NCBI GenBank assembly: GCA_030704615.1
Contig: CM060731.1
Coordinates: 51,274,001-51,338,000 of the forward strand
Length of the DNA stretch: 64,000 nt
Source of the DNA: Takakia lepidozioides
Lineage: Eukaryota; Plantae; Bryophyta
Direction: 5' to 3'
The stretch's first letter is position 1; each line of letters opens with the position of its first letter. Shown here in pieces: positions 1 through 11,979 of the stretch. Position numbers and translations under genes: made by a program. The notes beneath the pieces are model-generated. The model saw only the letters and a list, made by a program, of their open reading frames with translations, did no database searches and was not told where the DNA came from.

Positions 1-38
1 GGATAGTGATTTAGGTAGCAAATTTGTCTTCACTAGGG

Positions 39-469
39 TGTAGTGGCTGGGGCAGCAAGCCTCTTTGCACTACAAACCAAATTTAGATTTTACAAAAGGG
101 ATTCATGCCCTTCTTTTTTCACACTACAGATAATGAACCTCTATATGTTTAGTCTTAGCATGGAACACTGGATTGTTAGCAATCTTAAGACTACTTTGAT
201 TATCACAAAATATAGATGAAATCACTTAACCGAGATGGGAATTTGATAACTCTACCTGATCGCATTGGTTCTGATTGCCTTGGTTGAAGGATGTGTCGTG
301 CACATACATATCGCTACACAACTACATCGCTGTCCAAAACCACACAACACATGTGCACGCCACACACTAGTATATCACTAGTCCACCACTAGTCCAACCA
401 CTAGGCTACAACTAGTCAGTCACTAGGCTGCCACTATGCTGCCCACTATGGCAGTCACTAGTCCACACA
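39..469 (-). repeat. Candidate 3' LTR of the DNMT/PHD Ty3 element
   Basis: On the minus strand a polypurine tract AGGGGGGCGA (480-471) is followed by TGTGTGG at 469. A plausible other end CCACTACA is at 46-39. Short internal CACTAG repeats at 360-460. No partner LTR in the window. Confidence 0.45.
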
Positions 470-729
470 ATCGCCCCCCTAGCTGGTGCTTAGGTCCCTC
501 TAAGTCCAGGTAGCCACAAGATGTGATAGTGACCATAGCCTCACTAAGTCCTCCACCACTATCCCTACTACACTCAAACTCGATAGATCAAGAGGCCAGG
601 TGCAAGAGTTGCCCCATCATTAGTCGCCGTCTTGCAACCTGTGAACTTGAGCTTAGGATCTCATGTATTGACTCCTATGAACTTGGCCTCCCATGTCTTG
701 TTAGCTGCCTCCAGTCATGTCCACTGCCA

Positions 730-2430
730 CTATCCCAAGCAGTGTGGACACAACCAATCTCCGTCAGGAACCTTCTCAAGAGGTGGAGTCAAGCATCCCA
801 TATGCCAACCCCTTGAGCATCGATCACACACCAGCATGGTGGCTGCCCCTTTGGCAGACCCACAAAGCATGCACCTCAAACCTGCAGGTACCACTGCCAA
901 GTTTGGATCAACTCTGCCATCGACATTGGGAAGGTGACATGGCGCACAATTACGCACATGGTCCTTCCAAGTCATGCCATCCTGACCCTCCAAGATCAGG
1001 ACCCCTGAGGGCAACACCTCTCGAACCCTCAGAATAACACGCCCTGTAGTAACATCCAGAGTCGTAGGAGCAGTCTGCTGCAAATAAACATAGTCACCAG
1101 GGCTAAACCTCCAAACCCCATGACGATATCCTCCACCACGTATAGTGGCATACCTCAACGTATCACGGTGCTGTGCAATGGCAAGGTTCTCAAAAGCCAT
1201 GGGCATGACTTTCTTGAACAACTCTGCACGCTGATCACATGCACGTACCCATACGTCCGGATTGTCAAGGTTAAGGACTTGAGCAGTGTCCATACGAATG
1301 GCTGCAGGCAAATCCGGCTTTCGGCCAAATAGAAGGAAATATGGTGAGAATGAGGCAAGTGATGCTTGTTTGCTGAACCTGTAGCCCATGGCTAACCAAG
1401 GAACCTAAAGATCCCAATCTCCTAGGTATCCCTTCTGCAAGCCATACTTGCGCAAACCCCTCTTCACCGTCTGAACAACTCTCTCTGCCAAGCCATCGGC
1501 CTCAGGATGATCCCGAGAAGTGGTGCGGTGGTCTATCAAGGCTTTATCACACAAAGCCTGAAACTCCCCCAAGAACTCTTTCCCGTGGTCCGTGAGTACC
1601 TCAGCTGGAGCACCAAATCGACTAAGCACACGATCCAAGAATGCATACGCAGCCCCCTCACTAGCCTTGTCAGACAATGGAACCAACTCAATCCACTTGG
1701 AGAAGTGCTCCACCATCACCAACACATATCTGTGGTGGCGCATAGTCGGTGGCAACGGTCCTGCGAAGTCAAGACTCCACCTGTAGCCCAATCCCATGAT
1801 TGGTAAAGGATGCAACTGTGGTATAGGGGCGTTGAATGAAGCACCCACCCTGTCACACACCATGCACCTAGCCATGAACTGTTGCACCTCTGTATGCATA
1901 CCACGCCATAAATACTGCCCCTGTAGTAAACTGTGAGTGCATCGCACTCCAAAATGCCCCAACTCCTCATGGGCATGCCGCACTAACCGTGCACGCTGTG
2001 TGGGGTGAGGCACAATCCTCACCCGACCATCCTCCCACACTCGAAGTAGGTGTATCCCCTCCCACTTGAACCTCTTGGCTCGTTGCAGGATCCGATCCCT
2101 CTCCCTGGCAGTCACAGTGGCTGCCGTGTCTCCCGTGCGGAGGTAGTCCAACACAGCCAAATCCTCATGTATATCTCTGGCACCACCTGGCTCATCACTA
2201 GCCTCAGGGTCCTCAGACACTCCGTCTACAGTCATCCCTGTTGTAGGTCCAACCTGACCTCCCGATGCCAAGATACACAAAAATGTAGATGCGTGCCATC
2301 CCGGCACCATCTCCTCGTCCGTCTCACCATGCCACCGAGCTCCAGTGTCATCCTGCTAGCTTGTGCATGGATTGTGACTCAATCCATCCGCATCCCGATT
2401 GACCAAACCCGGTCGATGCACAACCTAAAC
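730..2430 (-). pseudogene. Ty3/gypsy integrase with C-terminal PHD finger, preceded by the RNase H C-terminal tail
   Basis: RNase H tail VVHRPG..N.DADGLS (~2420-2375). H2C2 finger HAHEELGH..CMVC. DDE core SLDFAGP/LTDHGKEF/GLAERVV. SH3-like FSPGDYVYL. C4HC3 PHD CMLC..LVCDRC..WHMGCLTPPL..VPDGDWLCPHC (873-733). One in-frame stop at 1405-1407. Confidence 0.92.
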
Positions 2431-2779
2431 ATGTCTCTCATGCTCCTCCACCGTAGCGCGAGAAGCAAAGAGGACGCGTCCCGTGGTTGCTATGCCGCAA
2501 TCTCTTGAGTACTCCCTCTCCCTGCCTGCTCAGTCAATGACAAGGCCTCATCCTGCCCTATCATCTCATCCTTGAGGACCTCCTCAACCCAAGAAGAATC
2601 CCCAACCTCATCCATCACAGCCGCCTTGGCTGCCAACTCCCTCTGATGCTAAGCACCGCCCACGTATGCCATGGATGTCTACACCCTGTGGTCCTCACCG
2701 GCTCGCCCCCACTCACTGCCTGTACCATCAAAGGAAGTGCACTCCACACTCTTCGTTGCTCAGCCATAGCCAAGCTGAT

Positions 2780-3592
2780 AATCCAGGTCAAGCAATTTAG
2801 ATCCATTGCTTGCCCCAACACCTGACGACGTGATGCCACAGAAAGAGAAGGCACCGTCGTGGTCCCAGTGGAAAAACCCATAGCCCGCTCTCGCTCGTCG
2901 GCATTAGGCTCCACTAATTGCTGCAACTGAGCATCCCACAGGAGGCCAGGTCCATTATCTCGGAAAGCATGCGATCCTGGGAAGCTGAGCAGTGTAGGTA
3001 ATGCTGCTCATGGTTGACCCACCTTGTTGACCACTGCCAAAGGCGAACGGTCATCGTGTCTCACACGCTGAGACTGCCTCCCTGTGTCCAAAATGCTATC
3101 CACTGTGAGGTGTGCTGACCGCTGCACCCCATCAAATGCACGCTTAAGTAGTGCGGGTGACATCAAGTTAGTCCACCATAACCGTGGACGATGAACCCGT
3201 GACCCCACTGTAGCTGCATCCAGCAACACTGCTAACCCAAGCCACGACCGGACTTGATGCACACTGGCCATCACCCTGGCCCGAGAATCGCCCATCAGTG
3301 GTACATTCTCCAAGATGTATGCTGGAGATACAGCTTGATGAAGCTGCAAGTGGCGCAAAACCCGCACCATCTCCCAAAACAGACCCGACTTCGAGTCTCG
3401 CAATCCATTGCCATGCCGGCTGATGAATGCCCTTGGCAGGGCCAACCTGCCACTACCAGATCAATGGAGCCAACCCACTCCAAATCCTACGCCCCCAGCA
3501 ACGAAATGTCTGCTGGCAAGGAATGCTGATATCCACGAACTGCAGACACCGGCAACAACTTAGGGTATCGCTGCACCAACTGAGCAACATGG
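2780..3592 (-). pseudogene. DNMT3-like C5 cytosine DNA methyltransferase domain inside the Ty3 polyprotein (N-terminally truncated, disrupted)
   Basis: Ordered motifs IDLVVAGWPCQG (IV), SGLFWE, YILENVP (VI), LDAATVGSRVHRPRLWWTN (VIII), ERERAMGF (IX), RRQVLGQAM (X). Two stops and one frameshift. Motif I is lost at the 3592 junction. Confidence 0.88.
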
Positions 3593-3845
3593 TGTGTCCC
3601 AAAAGTACCCCTGAATTCACACAGAAAGTACACTTTTCTGGATTCAGGCCCAGACCTCTCATCCTGCATTTGGCCAAACATAACTCCAATTTATGCAAGT
3701 GCTCATTCTTAGAACTGTACACACTGAAGTCATCTAAGAACACCTGCATGAAATCATCCAGATACTCATGGAAAGATTCACTTATCACTCTAGAAAAGTT
3801 GCTGGTGCATTACAAAGTCCAAAAGACATGACTTTGTATGCATAA
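3593..3845 (-). mobile_element. Ty3/gypsy reverse transcriptase fragment, probably a different family, abutting the DNMT domain
   Basis: VMSFGLCNAPATF...FMQVFLDDFSVYS...LNPEKCTF.V.SGVLLGH. More AT-rich than the neighbouring DNMT segment. Confidence 0.85.
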
Positions 3846-4013
3846 GGGATTTGCTATTTTATCAGCTATCAGCCATCAGCCATCAGTGTGACATGGATGC
3901 GGAAGCGGCGGCCACGTCACAATTTATAATTTTTTCTCGGGCTGCCCGTAATTGTATGATTCGATTTGATAGGAACATTAATGAAATATGATAAGGGGTT
4001 GTTCTGACAAGCC

Positions 4014-7000
4014 ACCTTTGGATGCCGAAGGTCGAGGGTGAGAGGGAGTACATAATGGTAACAACGAAATAAATGGATGTCGAAAAAAAAAACCAACATG
4101 AGATATGGGCTTCTAAAAAAAAAGCAGGACAGAGGGTTTGGGGCATAGGAGATAATTTGTAAGAGACCACCTTCGGTTGACGAAGGTGGCTAAAAAATAG
4201 AAGGGATGCAGAAAAGATAACTTACACTCAAGGAAGATAGGGGCGGAAGATTAAGAAAGCGTAGACAGTGTCACCTTTGGGAAACGAAGGTACGACACAT
4301 GATGATAAAAAATGATGGTGTACATCATAAAACCATATGAACCGATACGACGAAGGTGAAATGGGGTGCGAGGGAAAATCAACTGCCATAATATGAGCCA
4401 ATATTGCTTCATAATGAAACGAGATATGAAAAGAAACCTCATTCTGTAATAGCAATAAAAAATATAAAAATACGCCATGCATAAATTCACAGTGCGCAAG
4501 TACTTTCTGCTCAAAAAATACGTTCATAGGATGTTTTAGAGAAACAAAAAAACTGAAATACTCTTCAAGGGCCAAGTTGGAGGAGTCTGAGATAGCTAGG
4601 AAAACATCTACCTCTATTCTTCTCCTGAGCAAAGTCATACTGCCGGCGAGAACTTCCTAGAAATCATTTCTCTCTACTAAGTAGGCTGGCCAATTCAGGC
4701 TCACTAAGTGTTGGATAATGCATCAATGGAGTATAGTCGGATTGACCACCCAAGATGACAAGCATGACAAAAAATATGTGTTTGCAAGGAAGGTATCCTT
4801 TCTAGCTCTCCTCTTATGTTGATCAAAAGCTTCACATGTACAGGAGGGTTCCAAGCCGATGGAGACATCATAAGTCAGTCCACGCTCAAAAGAATTTGGG
4901 GTACTGATTGTATAAACTCGACCCAATCCTTGACCAATGTCAATTTTTTTCAGCACGGTTGCTCCACATGATGCAACTTTTTCAATATTCACTTTAGCCT
5001 TTTTTTAGAGTGGTTCATATCTTCGAACTCTCTGTCCATCGCGTTCTTTGCAAGCTATGGAAGTGGATGAATGGGGCTCTCTAACAACTGATGGTTGTGT
5101 GGGTCTATCCAGGCCTACATGAGATGTAGGACGGATTGCAGAGGGTTTAGACATCCTCATACGTGCTGAACCCTCGGGCACAAGACCGAATCCAGCAGAT
5201 GTTAGTCTGTCCACCTCAATCTGCGTTAAATCAGTTCCCTTAGCAACCGGCCAAACCGACGGAACGTTCCCAGTGTGGGCAACATTGTGTGACACACAAG
5301 GACCTGTGGCATGGCTGAAGTCATCTGCACAGAACCAGAACAACTTTTGAACCGCACGATTCATTACGGGAGGATGGTTCCAACCAAGGAAATTTGGAGC
5401 AGGAATTCCAGAAGTTGAACCTTTAGGAAGAATTCTTCGCATGCAATGCCTTCCTTGCTTATCTGCACCACAACACTGTACAGCTGTTCGCCGGGTTGTA
5501 CGTTCGATCTCCCATCCTTCTCGAGGATGAGTTGTTTCACGTACAAACTGTCCATGTTGTTTGGGAAGCTCTTGCACAGAAGAAAAGATACCTTGGGAAG
5601 GTGCGGAACTTGTAGATCCAATATTCTTTTTTTCAGAATTATCACCTTTCTCGGACTCAGACGTCGTGGAATCAGATTCGTCAATGAGGATTGGTTTGAT
5701 CATCATGGTCCCGGGCACAACATTTGAGTGTATATCCTTCGGCTTCGCGAACCCGCGTGGAGTTACACTTCCGACATTTTCTGTTCTGAGATTTATATCA
5801 GGCCTCCATGAGGAATTGGGATCCTGTGTCTTACATATTCCAACTTTCCTCCGTATTCTCCGGGTTCTTTTGTCTCCCTCCAAGTGGTCGCCACGGGTAT
5901 GCAAAGGAGAACCGGCAATAATGTCTTTCAAAGAAGATCCTATCTTCTTCGCAGTTTTCGCCTTCAGAGCTTCCCTGCAAAACAACTCAGCAGCAACCGG
6001 TCCTACACGAGCCTTCCGTCCGTTTTGAAGATTGATTTCCTCCCCAGTCTGCATCAAGGCCCGTACAATGTCATCTCTTGTGGTCTCAACCAAATCCTTT
6101 TACTGGGACCGGAGCCTTTCTTCCATTTAGCATGCACAGATTCAGCCATGTTCGTATTTGGCATTCCAGCAGCCGCATCTAGATCCATCCGCTGCAACGT
6201 TCCCATCTCATTAGAATGGATGTTGAAATTTCAACTAAATTGTCTATACATATACAGCAAATGCAATGTTGAAAAATCCGTTATATCTTCACTGATGCAT
6301 CTTCAACAGCACCTGCGTGAGCTGATGTGAAGTCACGCAACTTTACACGTGCATTGTATCGGTGAAGGTAGGTCATTTATTCCTTATACAATTTTCAGTC
6401 TGGATTGACTTGAGTACTCTACAATATACAAGCCCAAGATTACTTAAATTTTATGCAAAAAGTTTACTACCTTCGGCCAACGAAGGTATACCAAAAATAG
6501 TTCACCATATTTTATGCATATTTGACTACCTTCGGTCAACGAAGGTACACCCAAAATCGTTCTGAAAAAAATCCATCATCGTTGAACGAAGGTAGGTAGT
6601 AGAGTGTACCAAATTGAGATTCTGATCAAATTATCCTGTCACCATTATCGTGCATTAGTCATTATCAAAAAAATATTAGAGAAAAAAACATATTCATAAA
6701 TGGTAGAGAAGACTTACATAGCGCATAAAGTTCCCCCACATCCGATATCGCACATGCCACCATGAAATCCAACTCTCCAACTCGAGCAAATGTATTTTGG
6801 GACAGTTTGCTTCATTCTCCCACCATGATGTTAGCTTGTCGTAAGCAACATCGGCTTGGCTCTCTGTAGTTGCATCCTTCCATGCATTGCATAGAATAAT
6901 ATGTTGTTGTTGATGGCCGATTGGGATAAGTGTTTTCGTATGGGATTGAACTGATTGAGCCCAGTGAAATGCACATGACCGTTCTTTGCCCTCAAGTGGA

Positions 7001-9497
7001 ATATCAGGGCCATTACCAAACACGGACCTGACAGCTCTGAAATTGGCCATGGCGTTATCAGCCATGAATCCACAAAAATTTGCTTTGTCCATGCCCTTGG
7101 AGGCAAGGACGTTGTTCATCATGTTCCACATTATCATCTGACATTCCATGTCCTCGCCCTTCATTTCGCATATTGCAATGGTTTGAAGCCTACGAGCATG
7201 TGGATTGTATACGTGGCAAGCCACGGTAGTCCAACCGTTGGTCAATCTTTTGACATGGTCAAACATTACCCAACAATGGCCTAGATCACCTCCTCGCCGC
7301 ATCCTGTTGATGAGATCCACCCCAGAGGCTGGGCCAGTGGTAGACATCTTGAATACATAAGAGTCGTCAGTTGCAGACCCCTGACCTGGGAATCGACTAC
7401 CATGAATGTAGTCGTATCCGCATAGTTGCTTCAGAATCAACAATCCTTCCATTTCTCCGGCAGGAAGTAATCCAGACTTGGCATTGTATACAAGATTTCG
7501 TACATTACTTGAGTTGATGAGGGAAGCAGCAACAACTATTGCTCGTTGGAGCTTAACATCTGTGAGTGTATTCTCTGGATTGGACTCATCTTTCGAAAGT
7601 ATAATGTGGAATAGTAATTTCTTTCCCACTTCCAGCTGGACATAACTTGTGCCGCCACCATGATTTTTCACAACCTCTTCGCCCACTGCAGCTTTAATGT
7701 CATTTGCAATTCCTCTACATGGCGATGGACATGTGGAATGCGAATGGTGTCCACAGTGCACTGCTGCTTTAGAGGACATGACCCCCTTCATGGGAACAAC
7801 GTACCACAGTTTTGCATGACAAGCACCTGTACATGTGGGGGGGCAATTTGCAGTGCGCACATAAGAAAGTATCCTTTGGAGCATTCTGACCAACTCTGCA
7901 GGGATCCTTCGACTTTCCCACAAAATTGCTGGAATTCCGAGAGTTCACTCGCAACAGATGTGGGCACGAATCGTTCTTGCATTCAAAATCTCCTGCACAA
8001 ACAACATATTGAAGGATGAACTCTGGCAATGACACATAGGATGTAGACTTTGTGATGCACCAGGGGTGGCCATCGTGCTTCCTGTCCATGCCAATCAAAC
8101 AACCGCACCTATCTTTACATTGGTCTTCATTGTATGGCAACTCAAAGACAATGTCACCATCAAAATCTGATGGCAGGTACTCCACTACCTCGTGCCGAAC
8201 CGCTGAAAAGTTATGTGAGGCTATCCCAGGACCTCGTGGCAAAGAAAGCAACCGCTGCATTACAGATGAAGGGACTGGTAAAGAGCATCGGCGGTCTTTG
8301 CTGTTTGCTGATAGAGGACATTTTACGCTCTTTGTCCTGCTAGATTCTTCACCCCCAGAGGACAATAGCACGGTTTGAACGTCATCGTCGTCCTGATGAA
8401 CTCTTGATTGTTGCAACCTACTTCCTCTCACAATGTAATCCAAATTGTCAGCTGGATGCCGAATTCGGGAGGGAAACAAAATTCGTTTGGACAGAGAACC
8501 TCAGTTTTTTCCCTGTTTTGCACTCCAAACTTGATTTGGTCTCCAGTCCGAATTTCGTTGTCCAACAAAACTGAGTCTATATTAGCAGGCTATGGTCCAG
8601 TACCAGATAGATTAGAAGCAATACCCTCAACATAAATGGCGTTTAAATCCAAATCGATCACACAAGAAAGCCTCGGCAACCTCACATAGTCCATTGCTCT
8701 TTGCAAGCACTTTCACTCTCGTACCTTTTGAGTAGGAAGAAGATACAATGACAGAGAGTATCAAGTGAACAAATTGCGTATGTGTATGTTCCATAGAGAG
8801 GTAGAGGAGAGAAAATACATGTGGTATATATCAGAACAGGAAGGAGATATTCAACACTGTCAGCATCGAATTGAATGCTAAATCTGTTAAATTGAGCTAT
8901 TACTGTACTATCACTATTGAATGCATCCGTGTGACAATAATGAGAAGCACAAATGTGAAATCGTTTGTGTCTGTACTCGAGCTGAATACGTGAGTTGATT
9001 TTTCAGAAAACCTGAAGAGGTTTTCGGAGCTATTGGCAGAATTGGGTGGACAATTGTGATCTTATATTAACTTGGACAATCAACAAGGACAAATTGATCA
9101 ACCTTTGGAAAACGAAGGTTAGAAAGATATTGAAATTTCAGAATTTGTGTTTATCAACTACATGGACAATCATTAAGGGAGAAATTTGATGGACCTTTGG
9201 AAAACGAAGGTTAGATGGATCTGTCAGTTCTTCCGACTTGTTATGTCATTTACCGTAAATACATCTTCGTTGATACGTCATGCCATTTATGGTACACAGA
9301 CTACAAATCATACAACCTACTACTTGCCTACAATATCTGAGAATCCAAGAGCAAGGAAAGCCGTCTAATGTGTTTCTACGGGATGTATTGACAATGAGAT
9401 GTATCAAGGTATACATTCAAAATAAACACATATGCAAATGGAAATGTATATCCACTGATCCAAGTTCATCTTATATGCACCTAATGATGACGAAGGT
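4014..9497. repeat. Dispersed palindromic motif ACCTTYG-N5-CGAAGGT in the non-coding parts of the MULE
   Basis: Copies at 4014, 4169, 4273, 6469, 6528, 9101 and 9193; degenerate copies at 6575 and 9479; one further copy at 51927 in reverse orientation. Confidence 0.85.
4700..8480 (-). pseudogene. Mutator-like (MULE) transposase: GCM-like Cys/His domain, DDE core, long linker, SWIM finger; spliced and frameshifted
   Basis: DGHPWC..CAGDFECKNDSC (8479-7769 ORF). WVMFDH, FMADNA and CAFHW in ORF 7923-6694. GT-AG intron 6717-6192, then PNTNMAESVH with the catalytic E. YDVSIGLEPSCTC...CKH SWIM at ~4870-4770. Confidence 0.8.
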
Positions 9498-10158
9498 GAA
9501 GTCCAAGATAGTCCTACGGAGATTTAAATTTCAATTCGTCCGACAAGGAGGCACATCCTTCAAACAGAAGGTTTCGTTGGGTGGTTCAAATTTCGGAAAT
9601 GAAAGCAGATTCGACATTGAGAATCAGGATATTAAAAGAAACTCGTCAAGAATACGGGCTCCGGTCCAATTATTGTCGATGACGGTGGTTAGGTTAGCCT
9701 AAAATAAGTATCAATATAAAATATTATTTTTGGTTAAGTTGGGCACCTGACCTATCATGTTTGCTTTGGATGAAGGTTTGGGGTTTCCCTTTGATTATCC
9801 GAGGTAATTGAAAAACTGAACATAACTACCTAAAGTGCCAATAATTCTGAATCCAAAGACTAAGTGGAGTTCAAATTTTGGCTTCTCATTATTATCACAC
9901 GAATGCATTCATTTGTGACAGTACAATAATAAGTGAATTTATCTGAAATAGCATTAAATTGTTCAAGAAACTCCAAAAATGGATTATCCAAGAGGGGAAA
10001 TCAGAAATATAAGTTGATTGGACATGGCATGTATTTCATAATTAAGAAAATCTTGAACAACAGTTGGTCATGTCACAAACATTTAAATCGCCATAGGTAT
10101 TGAAAGTCCAATCCAACAAGTACACAGCCCTGTCTACCACAGTAGCAGACAACGAATT

Positions 10159-10872
10159 TTATGCATAGCTGCTGGATGATGCCACAACCGGGATAGTGCT
10201 ATGTCCCCATGAACTTGCCTCTATTAACCGTATAAGATCGTTTTTCTGCACAACCACTGTCGTGCACCAAACTAGTGCTGAGACATTAGCCCTTAATGAA
10301 TCTACTTTGTGCGCTCTTGCAATTCCTCTTTCCTCCTCTGCCCTCATTCGCACAACATTCTCATACCCAGTAAGATTGTCCTGCTGCAACATGTGTCCGC
10401 AAGCAAGCACCCGCCGCTCGTGCTCGGCAGCAGCATTAGACTTCATCTGTCCCTGGGAGTGCAGAAGCTTATTCTCTGCACGAAACTGGAGAATTAGCTC
10501 CCTTTCATATTTAATGAAGTCCATCTCACGAGGACCAATCTGTGCCGCACGTCCGTTGTCCGCCTCCCAAATCTCCTTCTCCAGGGCATGCAGCTGGACG
10601 TAAAGGCCTTCAACGTCCACAACTAGGTTTTCGTACTCGTAGATGAGTTCGATCAACTCCCCATAATAGTCCTCGTTGCTGTCAGGTTCACAAAAACGCT
10701 CCACCTCCTGCTGGATCCTTACGAACCCTTCGCGAATTTTGGTGGTGGTGGAATTGATACTAGTTCTCAAAGTCAGGGCATCCTCCTTCAGTGCCCCAAC
10801 ATAAGTCTTGCCATCTACTGTGACAGGAGATGACGAGGTGGTTACTGACCCCATAAAGAAACTGATAGACAT
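10159..10872 (-). CDS. Uninterrupted 237-aa orphan ORF, helical/coiled-coil-like, probably a MULE accessory gene
   Basis: ATG-to-stop open frame with an E/L/R-rich heptad-like centre and an AT-rich upstream region. Same strand as the transposase. No recognised domain. Confidence 0.5.
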   Translation of the reverse strand: MSISFFMGSVTTSSSPVTVDGKTYVGALKEDALTLRTSINSTTTKIREGFVRIQQEVERFCEPDSNEDYYGELIELIYEYENLVVDVEGLYVQLHALEKEIWEADNGRAAQIGPREMDFIKYERELILQFRAENKLLHSQGQMKSNAAAEHERRVLACGHMLQQDNLTGYENVVRMRAEEERGIARAHKVDSLRANVSALVWCTTVVVQKNDLIRLIEASSWGHSTIPVVASSSSYA

Positions 10873-11261
10873 GATTGTAAAGCTTAATGTAAGACAACGA
10901 TAAGAAAGATGGTAAGAATAAGTGAGATGAGATACTCTTGTACAATGGGAATATATTTTAATTTAATAAATAACTAAATTCCAATTATGATTATATTATT
11001 ATTAAAAAAAATAATACCAAAATTAATAATTGACAGTTAGGGAGTTGGTTTAGGGTGGACGACCATAAGGTCTATTAGTTGTCATACTTTTTTCCGCAGC
11101 CGACGACAATTCCAAAAAATAAAACAACAATTTCACGAAAAAAAAAATTAAAATTTTTAAAAACGGTTGAAACGTCCTCTTGATTTCACATTTTTCCGAT
11201 GGGAGGAAAAAAACAAAAAACAAAAAGAGAAAACTATTAGTCGGTGCCGACGTATCTTCGA

Positions 11262-11979
11262 CGAGGCGGACATGTCGTAGGTCCTTCAAGAGAAAAGGCC
11301 ACATCTCTTCAGTATGCCTCCATGCTTGTGAATCTTGTGGCCCGCACACCTTTCCCGGGGGGCTCCAATGCGAGGCGTGCCATCTCATCAGTTCTGCCAA
11401 TGAGGGGCTTTGGTAGTGTGTCTGCAGTCGCGGGATGATTGGAAAGTAGTGCATTTTCTGGCACCATTCCCATGTCGGCCCCATATCATAATCAGTGTCA
11501 TTCATATCTCTAAGTAAAACCTTGCGTCTTGTAGCGGTTGCAAAAAGGTAGAATGCAATATACAAGTGTATTGTGGCGCGGGTATACCTTGTGCGGGGCT
11601 TTCTTCCCTTGAACATCATCCCGATATCGGTCTTTGTTGCACTTTGGACACTTGGTGAGTTTCGCATCCTCTCCGTAGTACAGGGTTTTATCACATGGAC
11701 ATGCATGAAAAATCTTATAGCCCATCCCCATAGCATCCAAGGCTGCTCTTGCCTCTTTTCTTGATCGTGACATTCTCGGCTTCAAATGTGGGACAAGGAT
11801 GTAGTCCGCAATAGTCCGCATTATGGCGGACATACCTATATTGCTTATGCCAAACCGGATTTGCAAATTCAGCAACAACAAGATGCTTGAAAGTCTACTC
11901 ACTTTGGCCCCTTCGTATAAGGGAGTTTTGGCTTCTTTTTCCATGTCATTCAAAGAGTCTGTGTCCACAGTCGAGTAGC
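11262..11979 (-). pseudogene. CACTA/EnSpm TnpD N-terminal half
   Basis: TPLYEGA..GMGYKIFHACPCDKTLY..CPKC..RY, then HYFPIIPRLQ..MRWH..DSQAWRH..DLRHVRL. Ends just before the Transposase_21 xDGxNP motif. Confidence 0.9.

Noticed and set aside
3453-3788. RT fused in frame to the DNMT as native architecture
   Set aside because: Both are truncated at the 3592 junction, are out of frame and differ in composition. The element's own RT should lie between the DNMT and RNase H, where there is a deletion.
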